Assembly (NCBI RefSeq): GCF_006345805.1
Contig: NC_042999.1
Span: forward strand, 11,780,001 to 11,844,000
Length of the DNA: 64,000 nucleotides
Direction: 5' to 3'
From: Octopus sinensis
Taxonomy: Eukaryota
Part shown: one piece after another, positions 1 to 12,140 of the stretch
Layout: every line of letters starts with the position of its first letter
Numbering within the stretch: position 1 is the stretch's first letter
The notes under the pieces: generated by a model
The model's input: the letters and a program-made list of their open reading frames with translations, nothing else
Told to the model about the DNA's origin: nothing
Databases searched by the model: none
Position numbers and translations under genes: made by a program

Positions 1-415
1 TTCTGTACATCTTCCACATAGAGGAGCTCCCAGGGGCAGCCTGTCTTGAATTCCTCTGTTATTGCCTAGAGGACTATGATGAATAAAAGGGGGCTGAGGA
101 CTGATCCTTGGTGAACCCCTACTTCTACCCGGAATTCTTCTCTATACTCGTTGCCAACCCTCCCCTTTCTGATAGCATCCATGTACAGGGCTTGTACAGC
201 TGTTACCAACCACTCATCTATCTCCAGTTTCTGCATTGACTACCAGATAAGGGATCAGGAGACCCTGTCAAAGGCTTTCTCCAAGTCAACAAAAGCCAAG
301 TACAGAAATTTATTTTTGGCTAGATATTTCTCCTGCAGCTGCCTTACCAGAAATATGGCATCAGTGATGCTTCTTCCTGGCAGAAAACCAAGCTGCATCT
401 CATCTAGCCTAACTT
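1..415 (-). mobile_element. RTE-clade LINE reverse transcriptase fragment (decayed)
   Basis: Minus strand reads QLGFLPGRSITDAIFLVRQLQEKYL..AFVDLEKAFDRV..GVHQGSVLSPLLFIIVL..GCPWELLY, with in-frame stops. Confidence 0.85.
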
Positions 416-1084
416 ATTTGCAATAAATGTGGTATTTTAAAAATTTTAACAACACAATCAGACATCTACTCCATTGAAACCCAGCCTCTCTAAACTTTCA
501 CCTCCTCCCCTATGATTCCTCTTTCAATTTGTATGTGTGTGTGGGTGAGGGTGGGATAGGTAGGGGAGGCATTCACTTACTCATTGCTTGCCACAAAGCC
601 TAATATGTGCACATATGTTCAGTTTCTCTTTACCCTAACCCTTTACCTTCTCCCCCTCTATCTATACAATGTAAATTGTCACTGGAGAATGCAATCACCC
701 AACCATTTACATCAGCTGTTATTAAATTAACATATTAAATTAACATATTACCTGAGCATTTGCTCATATTCCCGTTGTCTTTTGACTTCAGCTTAACCAT
801 TCCAACTTTTGAATTTGCAACAGTTCATGAATAGATTCTACAATAATTTCCATATTTTTGTTAGTTAAAAGCTTCCAGGGAAATGGCTGAAGAGAAGAGA
901 GCAGAATTGAGCTTAAATACAAAATTCCTGTTGTGTCCACTAAAATTGGATGATGTACCTTGGAGAGTGGGAGAAGTCAGCAGCAAGATTTAGCTGCTAT
1001 TTCTGTCAGGTCAAGTGACTGCATTCAAGCTGTGACCCTCCTATCTTTTTTTCCAGCACCTTTACTGATACCCTGTAAAAAGTC

Positions 1085-1295
1085 TCTGTGCTGGTGCCAC
1101 ATAAAACCCACTCGATACACTCTGTAAAGTGGCTGGTATTGGGAAGGGCATCCAGCTAAAGAAACCCTGCCAAAACAGACAATTGGAGTCTGGTGCAGCT
1201 GAACCGGCTTGCCTGCTCCTGTCAAACCATCTGACGACCCATAACAGCTTGGAAAACAGGCGTTAAATGACAATGATGTTGATGATGATGATGAC
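1085..1295 (+). mobile_element. Short 3'-end copy of the RTE family (or related SINE) with (GAT)n tail
   Basis: ggtgccacataaaa..ggaagggcatccagct..gtcaaaccatc..gttaaatga..(gat)n; same sequence as the 3' ends at 10860 and 63100. Confidence 0.7.
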
Positions 1296-1384
1296 TACAT
1301 CTAGAACCATGCTTCATTTTTGTCTTCTAAAGATGATAGGATGTGATACAAGGGAAGTTTAGCTGCTGTTTAGAGCTCTGGCAT

Positions 1385-1750
1385 CAACCATTTTGTTCTC
1401 ATATTTCTGTTGAAATATTCTGCCTTTCTTTCAATTGATTTTCAAAATAATAAGGAATTTAGTGAAATAACTTTGTCATTTTTAAGTTTGGAACAGAAAC
1501 CAAGATGAAATTTTGACGGAAGGCTTTAACTTGGGTCACTTTATTTACCATATTTCTTTTCAAAGACATTGCTTTCGTTTCAATTGATCTTGAAAATAAC
1601 GAAGACCTTCGTCAAATGTCATTAAGTTGGCATGAATAAGTTAATATGAAATTTTGTTGGAAGGCTCTTAATTTAAATCACTTTTAAACATGAAATTTGC
1701 ACCATAGCAGTAGGGGTGGTCTCAGGTGGATTGGCCTAAAAAAAAGGTGA
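1385..1750. repeat. Dispersed repeat with an internal ~150-bp tandem duplication (possible MITE remnant)
   Basis: catatttc..ttcaattgat..aaaataa..gtcatt..atgaaattttg occurs twice (about 1400 and 1548); another copy at ~9325-9455. Confidence 0.45.
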
Positions 1751-2829
1751 ATGATACAATTTCTGTTTTTTGTTTTTGTCTTTTTCTTTCCCATTCGTTC
1801 ATCCTTAATGAATATGTGTTCTCTTTGTGGAATCTAATCAGTTCTTGATGTCTTTAAAGTCAGTCAGCTGCTAACTAACACCCAAACAGACCATGTACAT
1901 TGATATTCAAGATAATATCTGCAACATCTCCATTACAGATGCGGAGAAACAAGGTACATTTCTTTGAGTAGAATATTCTTCCTCTTGTGATTATATTTTG
2001 TTGAAATTTTTCTCTTGTTTGTAGTTTGTTGTTGTTGTTATTGTTGTTGTTGTTGTCGTTGTTGTTGTTGTTTAGCTTCAAGTCAGTCATAACCGACCCG
2101 TTATTTTTCACGTCTAGTGCACCTTGGACTACTTTATCTAATGTGACCTTTTTTTAAGATGGTAGGTATACGAGAGAGATGTAGCTGCTGTTTCTAGCAG
2201 GTCAAGTGCCTGCAATTCAGATGTGACCTTCCCATCACTTTTAAGACATAGTGTATCACAGACTACATCATCTTATGTATCCATTTTTGAGACAGCAGGA
2301 TGCAATTTCAGGGAAATTTAGCTATTTTTAGCAGGTTTCATGACTGCATTCCATCCATGACCATCCCATCTTTGTACATGGGAAACAGACATTAAAGGAT
2401 GATGGTGATGTGTTTCTTGGACTACATCATCCTATGTGCCTTTCTTTTTTACTAAGGTTGTAGGTGAGAGTTGGTGACAGGAAAGGTAGCCGGCCATTCA
2501 GAATGTGCCTTGACAAATTCTGTCTGACCCACGCAAGCATGGAGAAGTGGATGGGAAATGAACGACACAGCCATAATCCACATACCTGGAAATGTATCTC
2601 TGAAAAATTTCGTTAAAAAAAGGTATTTTTCAGAAAGTTATGAAGTATCAAGGACATCAGGCTGTGATTATACTTGTCCTGACGCCTGATGCACTTTTTT
2701 CTTCTAAGCAATTTGTTGTTGAGAAACTGAAGACTCAGACAGAATGATCTGAATATATGGGGATATTGTTTGGATGTTGGTGATGTTGCTTATATTGACC
2801 AGGCATGGTTTTTGTGAGGAATTATTCTA

Positions 2830-4004
2830 TTGGCTCATCCCATAAATAATGCAGGTTTTTCAATTGTATGAACTAAAAGTTGGAGTGGGGACAGGATAAA
2901 CTACCTGCATCAACTTGCTATAAAAGCAGGTAGGAATTTTACCTTGTCCTTATTCTTAGTGCAAGTTTTGAAGAGTTTGATTTTAACAGTTATTTTTTCA
3001 AAGCTATAATGGAAGTGACAAAGGAGCATATTTTGCTTTATGAGTTCAATTAAAGGCAACAATGCAACAGAAAGTGCGAGGAATATTAATGCATGGTACC
3101 CATGCCGGTGCCATGTAAAAAGCACCATTTGAGCATGGCCAATGCCAGTGCTGCCTGACTGGCTCCCATGCTGGTGGCATGCAAAAAGTACCCACTACAC
3201 TCTCAGAGTGGTTGGCAATAGGAAGAGCGTAGAAACTGTAGAAACCTTGTCAAATCAGATTGGAGTCTGGTGCAGCCTCCTGGCTTGCCAGTTCTCAGTC
3301 AAACCGTCCAACCCATGCCAGCATGGAAAGCAGACGTTAAATGATAACAATGATGATGATTACAGGGATCAGACAATAAGCATAAGCCAGTGTCTCTGGT
3401 GGTTCCAGAAATTCCTAGCCAGAAACTACAGTCTAGAAGACGAGCCTCATCCTAGAAGATCTGTAGAACTCAACAAGGACATCCTGCAAACCGTGGTGGA
3501 ACAAAATCCCATTTAACTATTGAGGAACTAGCAGAGAAGCTTGGATTTGGTCATTCAACCAGTCATTCAAGTCAGTGCTAGAAGAAAAACGACCATATTT
3601 GGTTTTAAGACGAAAGGTATTCTTCCACCAGGATAATGCTCGGCCACATACGGCAAGGAAGAGATTCCAAAGGCTGCAACAGTTTGAATGGGAAACAATG
3701 CCCCACCCACAATATTTGCCGGATATTGACCCATCTGATTATCATTTATTCCGCAGTCTTCAAAATCATTTGGACGGAAAAAGTATGAATTCTGTAGACG
3801 AGGTCAGAACAGTACAGGAAGAGTATTTTTCATCACAGACAAGGGAATTTTGGAAGAGGGGCCTTGCAAGTCTACCAGATAGGTGGAAGAGCATTGTAGG
3901 AAATGAAGGAGAGTATATTTTAGATTAAAAAAGAAGTTTGTTTTTCTTAATTTTGAAAAATAAAAGTATTATAAAAGAAATGCATTATTTATGGAATGAC
4001 CCAA
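2830..4004 (+). mobile_element. Mariner DNA transposon, internally deleted and interrupted by an insertion
   Basis: 24-bp TIRs ttggctcatcccataaataatgca / tgcattatttatggaatgacccaa (22/24 match) with TA on both sides; ATG at 3009 (MEVTKEHI); FHQDNARPH; PHPQYLPDIDPSDYHLF (YSPDLAPSD-like); C-terminal EGEYILD*. Confidence 0.92.
3096..3360 (+). mobile_element. RTE 3'-end copy inserted in the mariner ORF
   Basis: gccggtgccatgtaaaaagcacc..aacccatgccagcatggaaa..(gat)n lies between the mariner codons RNINA and YRDQTIS. Confidence 0.8.
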
Positions 4005-4009
4005 TAATT

Positions 4010-4620
4010 ATGTTGGTGTAAAATGTTTAGGATGTAAAAGGAGTTCAGTTGTGATGCTCTTGTGTCTGTCTCCTCTTCTCTGCATTGATGTGGCGATTGA
4101 AGTCTCTTCTAATTGTGATGCTTTGGAGTATATTCAACTTATGTAGCTGTGAGTCTGGATTTGCTGCTTAATGAGACTGGTGATGGCATGCATCTATTTA
4201 TTGCATTTACATTCCATGCTTTTAGTTTTGACTGCTTCGTTTTCTAATGTGTTGTTGTTTACCAAAAAGTGTCGTTTCTCTTATTTGTGCCCTGAATGTC
4301 GGATTCTACCCATGTTACGAAGCTTCTGTTGCAGTTGACCTGATATGCATTTGTCATTGTGTTATAGCGAAAGGGGAAAACGTGTGTGTGTGTGTGTGTG
4401 CCAGAGATTCTTTGTAAGGCAGTCTGAAGCTACTTTGGCTACCAACAGTTTCTTCTTTCCCATTCATGGTGTTTGCTTCTCTAAAGATTCTTTCACAACT
4501 CGCATGGATGGACATTATGTTGAAGATTTGGATGAAACCAGTGGCCATTGTTGAACTGTTCCAATTCATTGAAGAGAGACATGAAATTATGATGTTGGGG
4601 ATTCATTTATGGACAAACCC
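4010..4620 (-). mobile_element. Possible Penelope-like element remnant
   Basis: Weak minus-strand motifs (FNELEQFNNGH; YQVNCN; LEETSIA) resembling the RT C-terminus and GIY-YIG region; heavily decayed. Confidence 0.25.
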
Positions 4621-4621
4621 C

Positions 4622-4923
4622 ACTCTCTCTCGCTCTCTTTCTCTCTCTCTCTCTTTCTCTCTCTCTCTTTCTCTCTCTCTCTCTCACTCTCTCTCCTCTC
4701 TCACTCTCTCTCTTTCTCTTTCTCTCTCTCTCTCTCTTTCTTTCTCTCTGCTCTCTCTCTCCTTTCTTCTCTCTCTCTTCCTCTCTCTCCTCTCTTCTCT
4801 TCTCTTTCTCTCTTCTCTTCTCTCTCTCTCTCTCCTCTTCTCTCTCTCTTCTCTTCTCTTCTCTCTCTTCTTCTCTCTCTCTCTCTCTCTCTTCTCTCGT
4901 CTCTCTTCTCTCTCTCTCTCTCT

Positions 4924-4955
<32 letters not shown>

Positions 4956-5007
4956 CTCTCTCCTCTCTCTCTCTCGCTCTCTCTCTCTCTCCTCTCCTCT
5001 CTCTTCT

Positions 5008-5065
<58 letters not shown>

Positions 5066-5069
5066 CGTC

Positions 5070-5102
<33 letters not shown>

Positions 5103-5117
5103 TTCTCTTTCTCTCTC
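4622..5117. repeat. Degenerate (TC)n microsatellite, ~500 bp
   Basis: Directly visible. Confidence 0.97.
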
Positions 5118-6925
5118 GAAAGCGTTCGATAGGGTGGACCATCAGTATCTGGTGGCGGTCCTCACGGTGGCTGGCTTCGGCCCGACCTTCCACGGATGGA
5201 TCAACACTTTATACAGCAACATCGAATCGGTAGTTCGGGTGAATGGTTTCTTTTCGGAGCCGTTCAGCATTGAATGTTCAGTATGTCAAGGGTGTCCTCT
5301 CTTCCCGCTTCTCTACGTTTTGGCCCTTGAGCCATTGCTGAGGAGGTTGGAAACTATGAGGGGCACTCCGCAAGATCTAGGGTGCGTAAAATCAGCTTCG
5401 GCGTATGTAGACAACATCACCGTCATCGTATCCCGAGTCGAGCACCTACAGTGGGTGGGTGAGGCCTTAAGGGACTACGAAGCGGTGGCAGGAGCGAAAG
5501 TCAACCGGGATAAATTGGTTGGCTTGCAACTCAGCACTTGGAGGGGCAAGTCGATGTCTTCCGACAGCGTCATAGGACGTTGGACGGAAGGGCCGGTGAA
5601 AATGCTTGGAATTTGGTTAGGTCCATATCTCCAGATAGAGAAGAATTGGAGCGAGGTGGTGAGAAACGTGGCTCTCCTAACTCAGACCTGGTCTGAGCGG
5701 AAGCTGTCCTTGAAGGGGAGGGCAGAGGTTGCAGAGGTGTTTATCGCCTCTGTAATCACTTACTGCCTGACCGTTGTGCCTTGCCCCGATTCATGGCTGA
5801 ACAAGATGGAACGCATGCTCTTTCGCTTTTTGTGGAGGGGCAGCAGACCTCTTGTAAGGTGCTCTATTTGCTGCCAAAAGCCACTGAAGGGTGGGCTAGG
5901 GAGGCCGTGGCTAAAAATGCACAGACATGCGCTCAGGCTTAGGCACCTCTGGCTTTACCTGGACGGTGAGCAGGTGTGGTCTCCATTCGTCAAGCTGTTA
6001 TTTCCACAGTTCACATCGTTTACCATACTGAACCCATGGATCAAGTGTAGACCGAGGTTGGGCGTGTGGCATGTAGAGTGCCATCAGGCACTTGTGCTTC
6101 TCTCCTAGTTGGGCAATGCCAATGATGGGGGTACTACCTCATTCTTCTATAGAAGGTTAGTAGAGTTTAAGTGTGACGACCTCCTGGGAGAAACCCTAGG
6201 ATTCGACGAAAATCAACTGGCCAGCCTGTTCCAAAGAACATTCGGTCCAGGGCCTATGGATAATTACCAAAAGTCCCTGGCATGGCAATGTTACAGAGGA
6301 GCTTTACCGGTTCAAGATAAGCTCTTTAGACATGGGTGTGCACCTTCGCCGGTTTGTGCAAGATGCGAGAGGGACAGTGGAACTGTCCTGCACGCGATTG
6401 TGCAATGCCCCAAGGTGACTGAACTCTGGGCTTATGTCGAACACCTGCTGTCGCATTCGAGAAGAGTACAACTGTCGAGCGAATCTGTAATTAAGATAGT
6501 TCCACCGACCTTCCTGAATAGGGAGGAGCGAGCCTGTTTTCTTTCGGTAGTTGCTATGGTGAAAGAAGTAGTGTGGAAGACAAGAGTAAAAGGAATTTAT
6601 CACCAGTCTCGAGCTAATTGACTTTTTCGTTTTCCACATGAAACGGAAAATAAGGCTGGAGAAGAAATGCCTGTCGCAAAGTGTGTTTCGTAAAAGATGG
6701 AAGTCTATAGCAAGTATGTTGCGAGGGAAAGAACCTGTTTAATCGAGAATGTAAAAAAAGGAGAAAGCAAAGTCTTCAGTGTGAGTCTGTGGTTTGTGGG
6801 GGTCAACCGTGTCCTCCGCTTCATTTTTTGTTATTCACTCATTCTCATTTAATTGTATATATTTTAATTGTTTGTTTATTCATATGTTTCATCTCATTCG
6901 ATACCCTGACCCCAACGTTTGTTTT
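5118..6925 (+). mobile_element. 5'-truncated Tx1/L1-clade LINE ORF2 (RT plus C-terminal CCHC zinc knuckle) and 3' UTR
   Basis: KAFDRVDHQYL, QGCPLFPLLYVLALEPL, AYVDNITV (YADD altered), LSLKGRAEV, KGGLG, CARC..TVLHAIVQCP; stop at 6106-6108 and frameshift near 6600; ORF ends ~6742; 3' boundary approximate. Confidence 0.9.
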
Positions 6926-7073
6926 GTCACACATACACACACACACAAGACTACTTTATCATTTACGTACCCATATCTGTCTCTAAAGACAGACACTCAT
7001 CCCCAATAGAGTTTTCAACAGTATGCAATGTCTAGTTTTTCCAGTCAATAAATTTTCTTTTCTCTTTCTTCAG

Positions 7074-8335
7074 AAATTGATTCAACCGATTCTTATAATA
7101 CGGCAGCCATTTCCGGGAAGGAAAAACGCAATGTTACCGGAGTGTTCCATTGGGAACGAGAAGATGTGTTGATGCTTATTCGACTTCATTCTGAGAAAGA
7201 ACCAATTTTCAATAAACCAGGAATCAAGAAGAAAGATGTCTGGGCAATGATTGCAGATGAATTCCAGGCGAAAGGTTTCAATGTGACCAGTGGTCAGTGT
7301 GAACAGAAATGGAAGAACATCACTAAAAACTACAGAGACACAGTTGACCATAATTATTTCAGTAACATACACAAAACATGTCCCTACTTTAAAGAATTGG
7401 CAGCAATCTACCCTTATGACCCGAAAGATAAACAAAATAATTTTATTTCTTATCTCAATCATATGTCCAACTCTGTTTCTCAACCTCAAACTGTGTCCAG
7501 AGATTTACAGAACGGTCTTTCTGCCATTCCATCAACTAATACTGTAACCACATCAGTCAACAATTCAAATAATGGATATTTCTGTGATTTACCAACAAAT
7601 ATTTGTGTTTCGGACAATCAAAATGCTTCTTCAGAACATTTGGTGCAAACCTCAATTAAGCAGGAAGTTTTAGATTCGGTTGAGTTGCAGCCCCCCGCAT
7701 GTTCCTTGATGTCCCCTTCTCCATTAACAGCATCAAATCAACAACCCAACATTTCCACTTCTCAATCTCATTCCAATCAACAGATTACAAACTTTACCCC
7801 AACTTCGTCTTTACCATTAGTGTCTTCATTTGTAAATGAAGAACCGGTGCCTAGTCTCTCATCAATTATTCTGCAATATTCACCTCAACCATTAAATAAT
7901 GAATATATTCGCCTTCCGTCTCAAGAACCACAGACTTGTAACATGAGACATCAACAAGAAGTAAGAGAGAACTCGAACAATTCTTTGCATGTTCTCAAAA
8001 CCCCTGCTCAATCCCAATTGTCCAGTGTACCAAATGTATCCACAAATTCTTCCCAGGTTCGTAAACGGTTCCATGATAACAACTTGACTCTATCAAATTC
8101 TTCAGCAGCCAATAATAATCAGGATTATTATTCTCAAAGACGGAAGTGTCTTCGTCGCTCTAGCTTTACACCAAACAATACCCTGGATATGTTAAAACAA
8201 ATGAATGAAGAACGGCGGCGAGAACACAAAGAATTGATATCAACATTAAAACAACATCACAGAGAATATCTGAAGCAGGAAGAAATGAACCAATCCCTCC
8301 TCTCGGCGCTTATTGGACACGTTTCCAAACAATAA
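7074..8335 (+). CDS. Terminal coding exon of a Myb/SANT-like (trihelix, Myb_DNA-bind_4-type) DNA-binding protein with a C-terminal coiled coil
   Basis: Polypyrimidine tract plus CAG acceptor ending at 7073; open frame IDSTDSYN..FHWEREDVLMLIRL..KKDVWAMIADEF..GFNVTSGQCEQKWKNITKNYR..CPYFKEL; S/N/Q-rich linker; helical C-terminus; TAA at 8333-8335; no lesions over ~420 codons. Confidence 0.88.
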
Positions 8336-8439
8336 GCAATATGACTGGTTGGGGTCAATTTCAGTCACTTTATCAAAACCTTCCGGTCATCGACCCAAGA
8401 GTTTCACTATTATATCTGTAAACAAAAAACTGTTATATA

Positions 8440-8499
8440 AATTATATTAATTAAAATTATATTAATTAAAATTATATTAATTAAAATTATATTGATTAA
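8440..8499. repeat. 15-bp AT-only tandem repeat x4 in the presumed 3' UTR
   Basis: aattatattaattaa repeated. Confidence 0.85.
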
Positions 8500-8594
8500 A
8501 ATTTCTCAAATTTTAATTTGTTTCACACGTTTTCCAATCACATGTAATGGTTGTAAACAATGGTTTTTGTTTTCAGTTTTCTATGAATAACGTG

Positions 8595-8757
8595 TTGGGG
8601 CCAAGAGGGAGAAATATTATGTTGCTTGGAAACAGGTAAGGATTGGTGATGGGAAGAGCATCCAGCTGCAGAAGAGCTGCCTCAGCAAATTCTGTCTGAC
8701 CCATGAAAACATGGAAAAGTGGATGTTAAAACATGATGACGATGATGATGATGATGT
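8595..8757 (+). mobile_element. SINE 3' portion with (GAT)n tail
   Basis: cttggaaacaggt..ggaagagcatccagc..aaattctgtctgacccatg..gtggatgttaaa; related copies at ~2455, 29330, 40330 and 48070. Confidence 0.65.
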
Positions 8758-10200
8758 TTTCCTTATTAAGCAAATTAACAATTGCTTATCACATTTACTA
8801 ATTCTCTACATTTCTCTTTTTTTTCTCTTTCTCTCTCCTTTGGTATCCATATACATTATTGAACTGAAATGCTTGGCTGAGGTTTGTATTGCGCTAAAAT
8901 AATACATCACAGTTCAATGGCCTTTTTATAATACTTAAGATTTTAGATGGTGTTGTTGTTGTTGTTGTTGTTGAATGGCTTGAGAATTACACTTGGAATA
9001 ATATGGTAAGCTTGAATGGGTTGGTTAATATTCTGAAATAATACGATACGGTTGAGTAGTTTCTATGCGAAATTCAAATCATGTTATGGATGAATAAGCT
9101 GTGAACTGTACACTGATGTTATGTTACAGTTGAATAACTTGAAGGCTGCACTGGTTGCAGCTGAATGACCTGGTCAGTCGATGACTTTCGTAGCCACAGT
9201 CACGTTTGTAGATCATCATGATCATCATCATCACCATTCAGTGTCTGTTTTCTGGGGGGGGGATGGGTGTTGCGGCATCAAGTGAGGTGCTTTGTACCAA
9301 CTGATGAGAGGTTTAATCTTTCACTACCATATTTCTGTGATTTTGTTTCAATTAATTTTGAAAATAATGAAAACTTGAGTAAAATACTTCAGTCATTATT
9401 CAGCTGGTGTTTGGAACGTTAATCAACATGAAATTTTGAGGGAAAGTTTTAACTTAAGGGTTTTAGTGAAGAGGAGATACATGGCTACTTCAGCAGGACA
9501 GGAAGAAGGGTGGTGTTGAAGACGTGTCTGGGCAGATGGTTAATTTGCAGGAAGATGAATAAACAGGGTGAGTGAGTAGATAAATAGAACTGAATAAATC
9601 AGTCCAGTATATTACTGGTATCTATTTTAAATTAAATGCAGACATTTTCTATCTCTAGCAGTTATGCTTAACTGTCTTAATGAAAAATAATTTAAGGAAG
9701 TATTTATGGGAAGCAGAGGTCAGTGCTGTTGGCAGCAGGAGCATTAGATAATTAATGTGACTTTTGTTAATTTACATTATACCTTCCAGAAGAAATCATC
9801 ATCATCATCATCATCATCATTTTTGGTTTAATGTCCACTACAAGTGCAGGCGTGGATGTGTGATTAAGAAGTTTGTTTCCCAGCTGCATGGTTTTGGCTT
9901 CAATGCCCCTGCTTAGCACTTTGGAAGAGTGCCCTCTTACTATAGCCCCAGGCCAATCAGAATGAGTGAATTTGGTCAACAGAAACTACAAGCCTGTTGC
10001 GTGTATCATTTCTTATTTCTGCTAAACAAAAATATAAAATACAACATTGTTTCTTTGTTTACTTTGAGTCAACGATTTACCAAAGCTAAAACCATAAATC
10101 TTTTCTTTGAGACTAATTGTCACAAAGCAATTCTTTTTGTCAAAACAATTTTCTGCAAACACTGAACCAAAAATGAATTTCTAGATTCTTTAAACAGTAA

Positions 10201-10289
10201 CATCTCCCACCACAGCCATCCACCACCACACCCATCTCCCACCACAGCCATCCACCACCACACCCATCTCCCACCACAGCCATCCACCA
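10201..10289. repeat. 32-bp minisatellite, ~2.8 copies
   Basis: catctcccaccacagccatccaccaccacacc. Confidence 0.9.
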
Positions 10290-10399
10290 GTGTTTTTTAA
10301 AAAATTTCAAGCCCCTTTTTTTTTGTAGCCATACTAATCCCAGTCTGGTGGGTGTAGCAATAAGTCTTTCGGAAAGTCTGTTCTAGATGAAGTATTTGT

Positions 10400-10856
10400 G
10401 GTTTCTGAGAGAGGAACGTGTGTCTGTATGTATTGTTGTGGCCAGGACACTCCCAGGATGTGTCTGTAGGAATAAGATGGTGTCTGTTTCTGCCTACAGC
10501 CTCCTGAGTCACATCTGCAACACCAAGCATCATGGTGCTTGGTGTTTGTTCACCATAGTCTCAGTGACCTCTGACCATTAAGATGGGTGGTTGTTGAGAG
10601 CATATACTCTCATATTTCTTTCGACTTGACTGCAATGCTATTTTCTGCTTCACCAGGTCCAACAGAGATGGAAGAAGGCTTGACACAGGAATGCAGAACC
10701 AGTGTTTTATTTTGCAATTGAGCCAAGTTAAACCGTTTCTGAACTGAGCTTGATCTATCCTAGCAAAGCAAGGATCAGTGGCTTTTTTCACAAGATATTC
10801 CACTCTATGAACTTCATGCTCAGCTTCTCTCTTGCCTCTTTGGATATCTTAGCTTA
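10400..10856 (-). mobile_element. Ty3/Gypsy LTR-retrotransposon integrase C-terminal remnant
   Basis: KKATDPCFA..RNGLT (like KK..DPYLAL..NGLSPAEL) and AVGRNRHHL (RRNRRHL-like motif), frameshifted. Confidence 0.5.
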
Positions 10857-10857
10857 T

Positions 10858-12140
10858 TGATCATCATCATCATCATCATCGTTTAACATCCGCTTTCCAT
10901 GCTAGCATGGGTTGGATGGCTCGACTGGGGTCTGGAAAGCCAGGAGGCTGCACCAGGCTCCAGTCTGATCTGGCAGTGTTTCTACAGCTGGATGCCCTTC
11001 CTAATGCCAACCACTCCATGAATGTAGAGGGTGCTTTTTACGTGCCAGGGGAGGCTGGCAACGGTCATGATCAGTTGGTGCTTTTCGGCACGGAAGCCAG
11101 TCAAGGCGGTGCTGGCATTGGCCATGTACGGTTGGTGCTTTTTACATGCCATCAGCACGGAAGCCAATCAAGGTGGCGCTGGCATCGGCCACGTTTGGAT
11201 GGTGCTTTTTACGTGCCACCGGCACAGGTATCACAACTACAATTTCCATTTGATTTTTATTTTGATGCTGATGTACTTGACTCAATAGGTCTCCTCAAGC
11301 ACAGCAGATCACCCTATGATCCAAGGTAAGCACAGCAGGTCATCTTGCGATCCAAAGCACTTTGGAAGGGCTGGGGCTTCTATGTGAAGCTGGTGCAGGA
11401 AACAGCCATGAACTCACATTATTTGTTGGGTCTTTACAGTCACAGCGTAACTCCAGAGATCTCGGTCTTCTGTCATTGCTTTTGTGAGATCCAACGTTCG
11501 AAGGTCATGCTTGACCACCTCATCCCATGTCTTCCTGAGTCTTCCTCTACACCGGATTCCTTCAACTGTTTGGGAGTGGCACTTCTTCACACATCTCTCC
11601 TCATCCATCCGTAGTACATGACCATAACAGCGCAAACGCCTCTCTTGCATGCCACATCCGATGCTTCTTATGCTCAATATTTCTCTCAGGGCACTTACAC
11701 TCTGCCGTGTATGCATACTGACATTACACATCCAGCGGATCATGCTAGCTTCATTTCTTTCAAGCCTACGCATGTCCTTTGCAGTCACAGCCCATGTTTC
11801 ACTACCGTGAAGCATGGCAGTTCACACACATGCATCGTACAATCTACCTTTCACTCTGAGCGAGAGACCCTTTGTCGCCAGTAGGGGTAGGAGCTTTCTG
11901 AACTTTTCCCAAGCTATTCTTATTCTAGTGGTGACACTCTCTGAGCATCCACCTCCACTACTAACTTGGTCACCCAGGTAGCGGAAACTATCAACTACTT
12001 CTAGTTTCTCCCCCAGGAGTGTAATGGAATCTGTTTTCTGAGCATCAATGGTGTCTATTGCCCCTGTGCATCTGCCACACACAAAAGCTATCTTCTCGGT
12101 TAATCTTCCTTTGATGGTACTGCACCTCATACGTGTCCTC
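10858..12140 (-). mobile_element. RTE LINE 3' half (ORF C-terminus, 3' UTR, (GAT)n tail)
   Basis: EVVDSFRYLGD, RIRIAWEKFRKLLPLL, MLHGSETWAV, RRLRCYGHVLRM, RGRLRKTW; (CAT)n at 10860-10880 on +. Confidence 0.92.

Noticed and set aside
1880-1958. Possible upstream exon of the Myb/SANT gene (..gagaaacaag|gtacat, phase 1 compatible)
   Set aside because: Acceptor and start are ambiguous and there is no recognisable protein signal; needs RNA-seq.
4466-5233. SL/RE-rich ORFs and the apparent SL-repeat N-terminus of the 499-aa ORF
   Set aside because: Translation of (TC)n that happens to be in frame with the LINE fragment.
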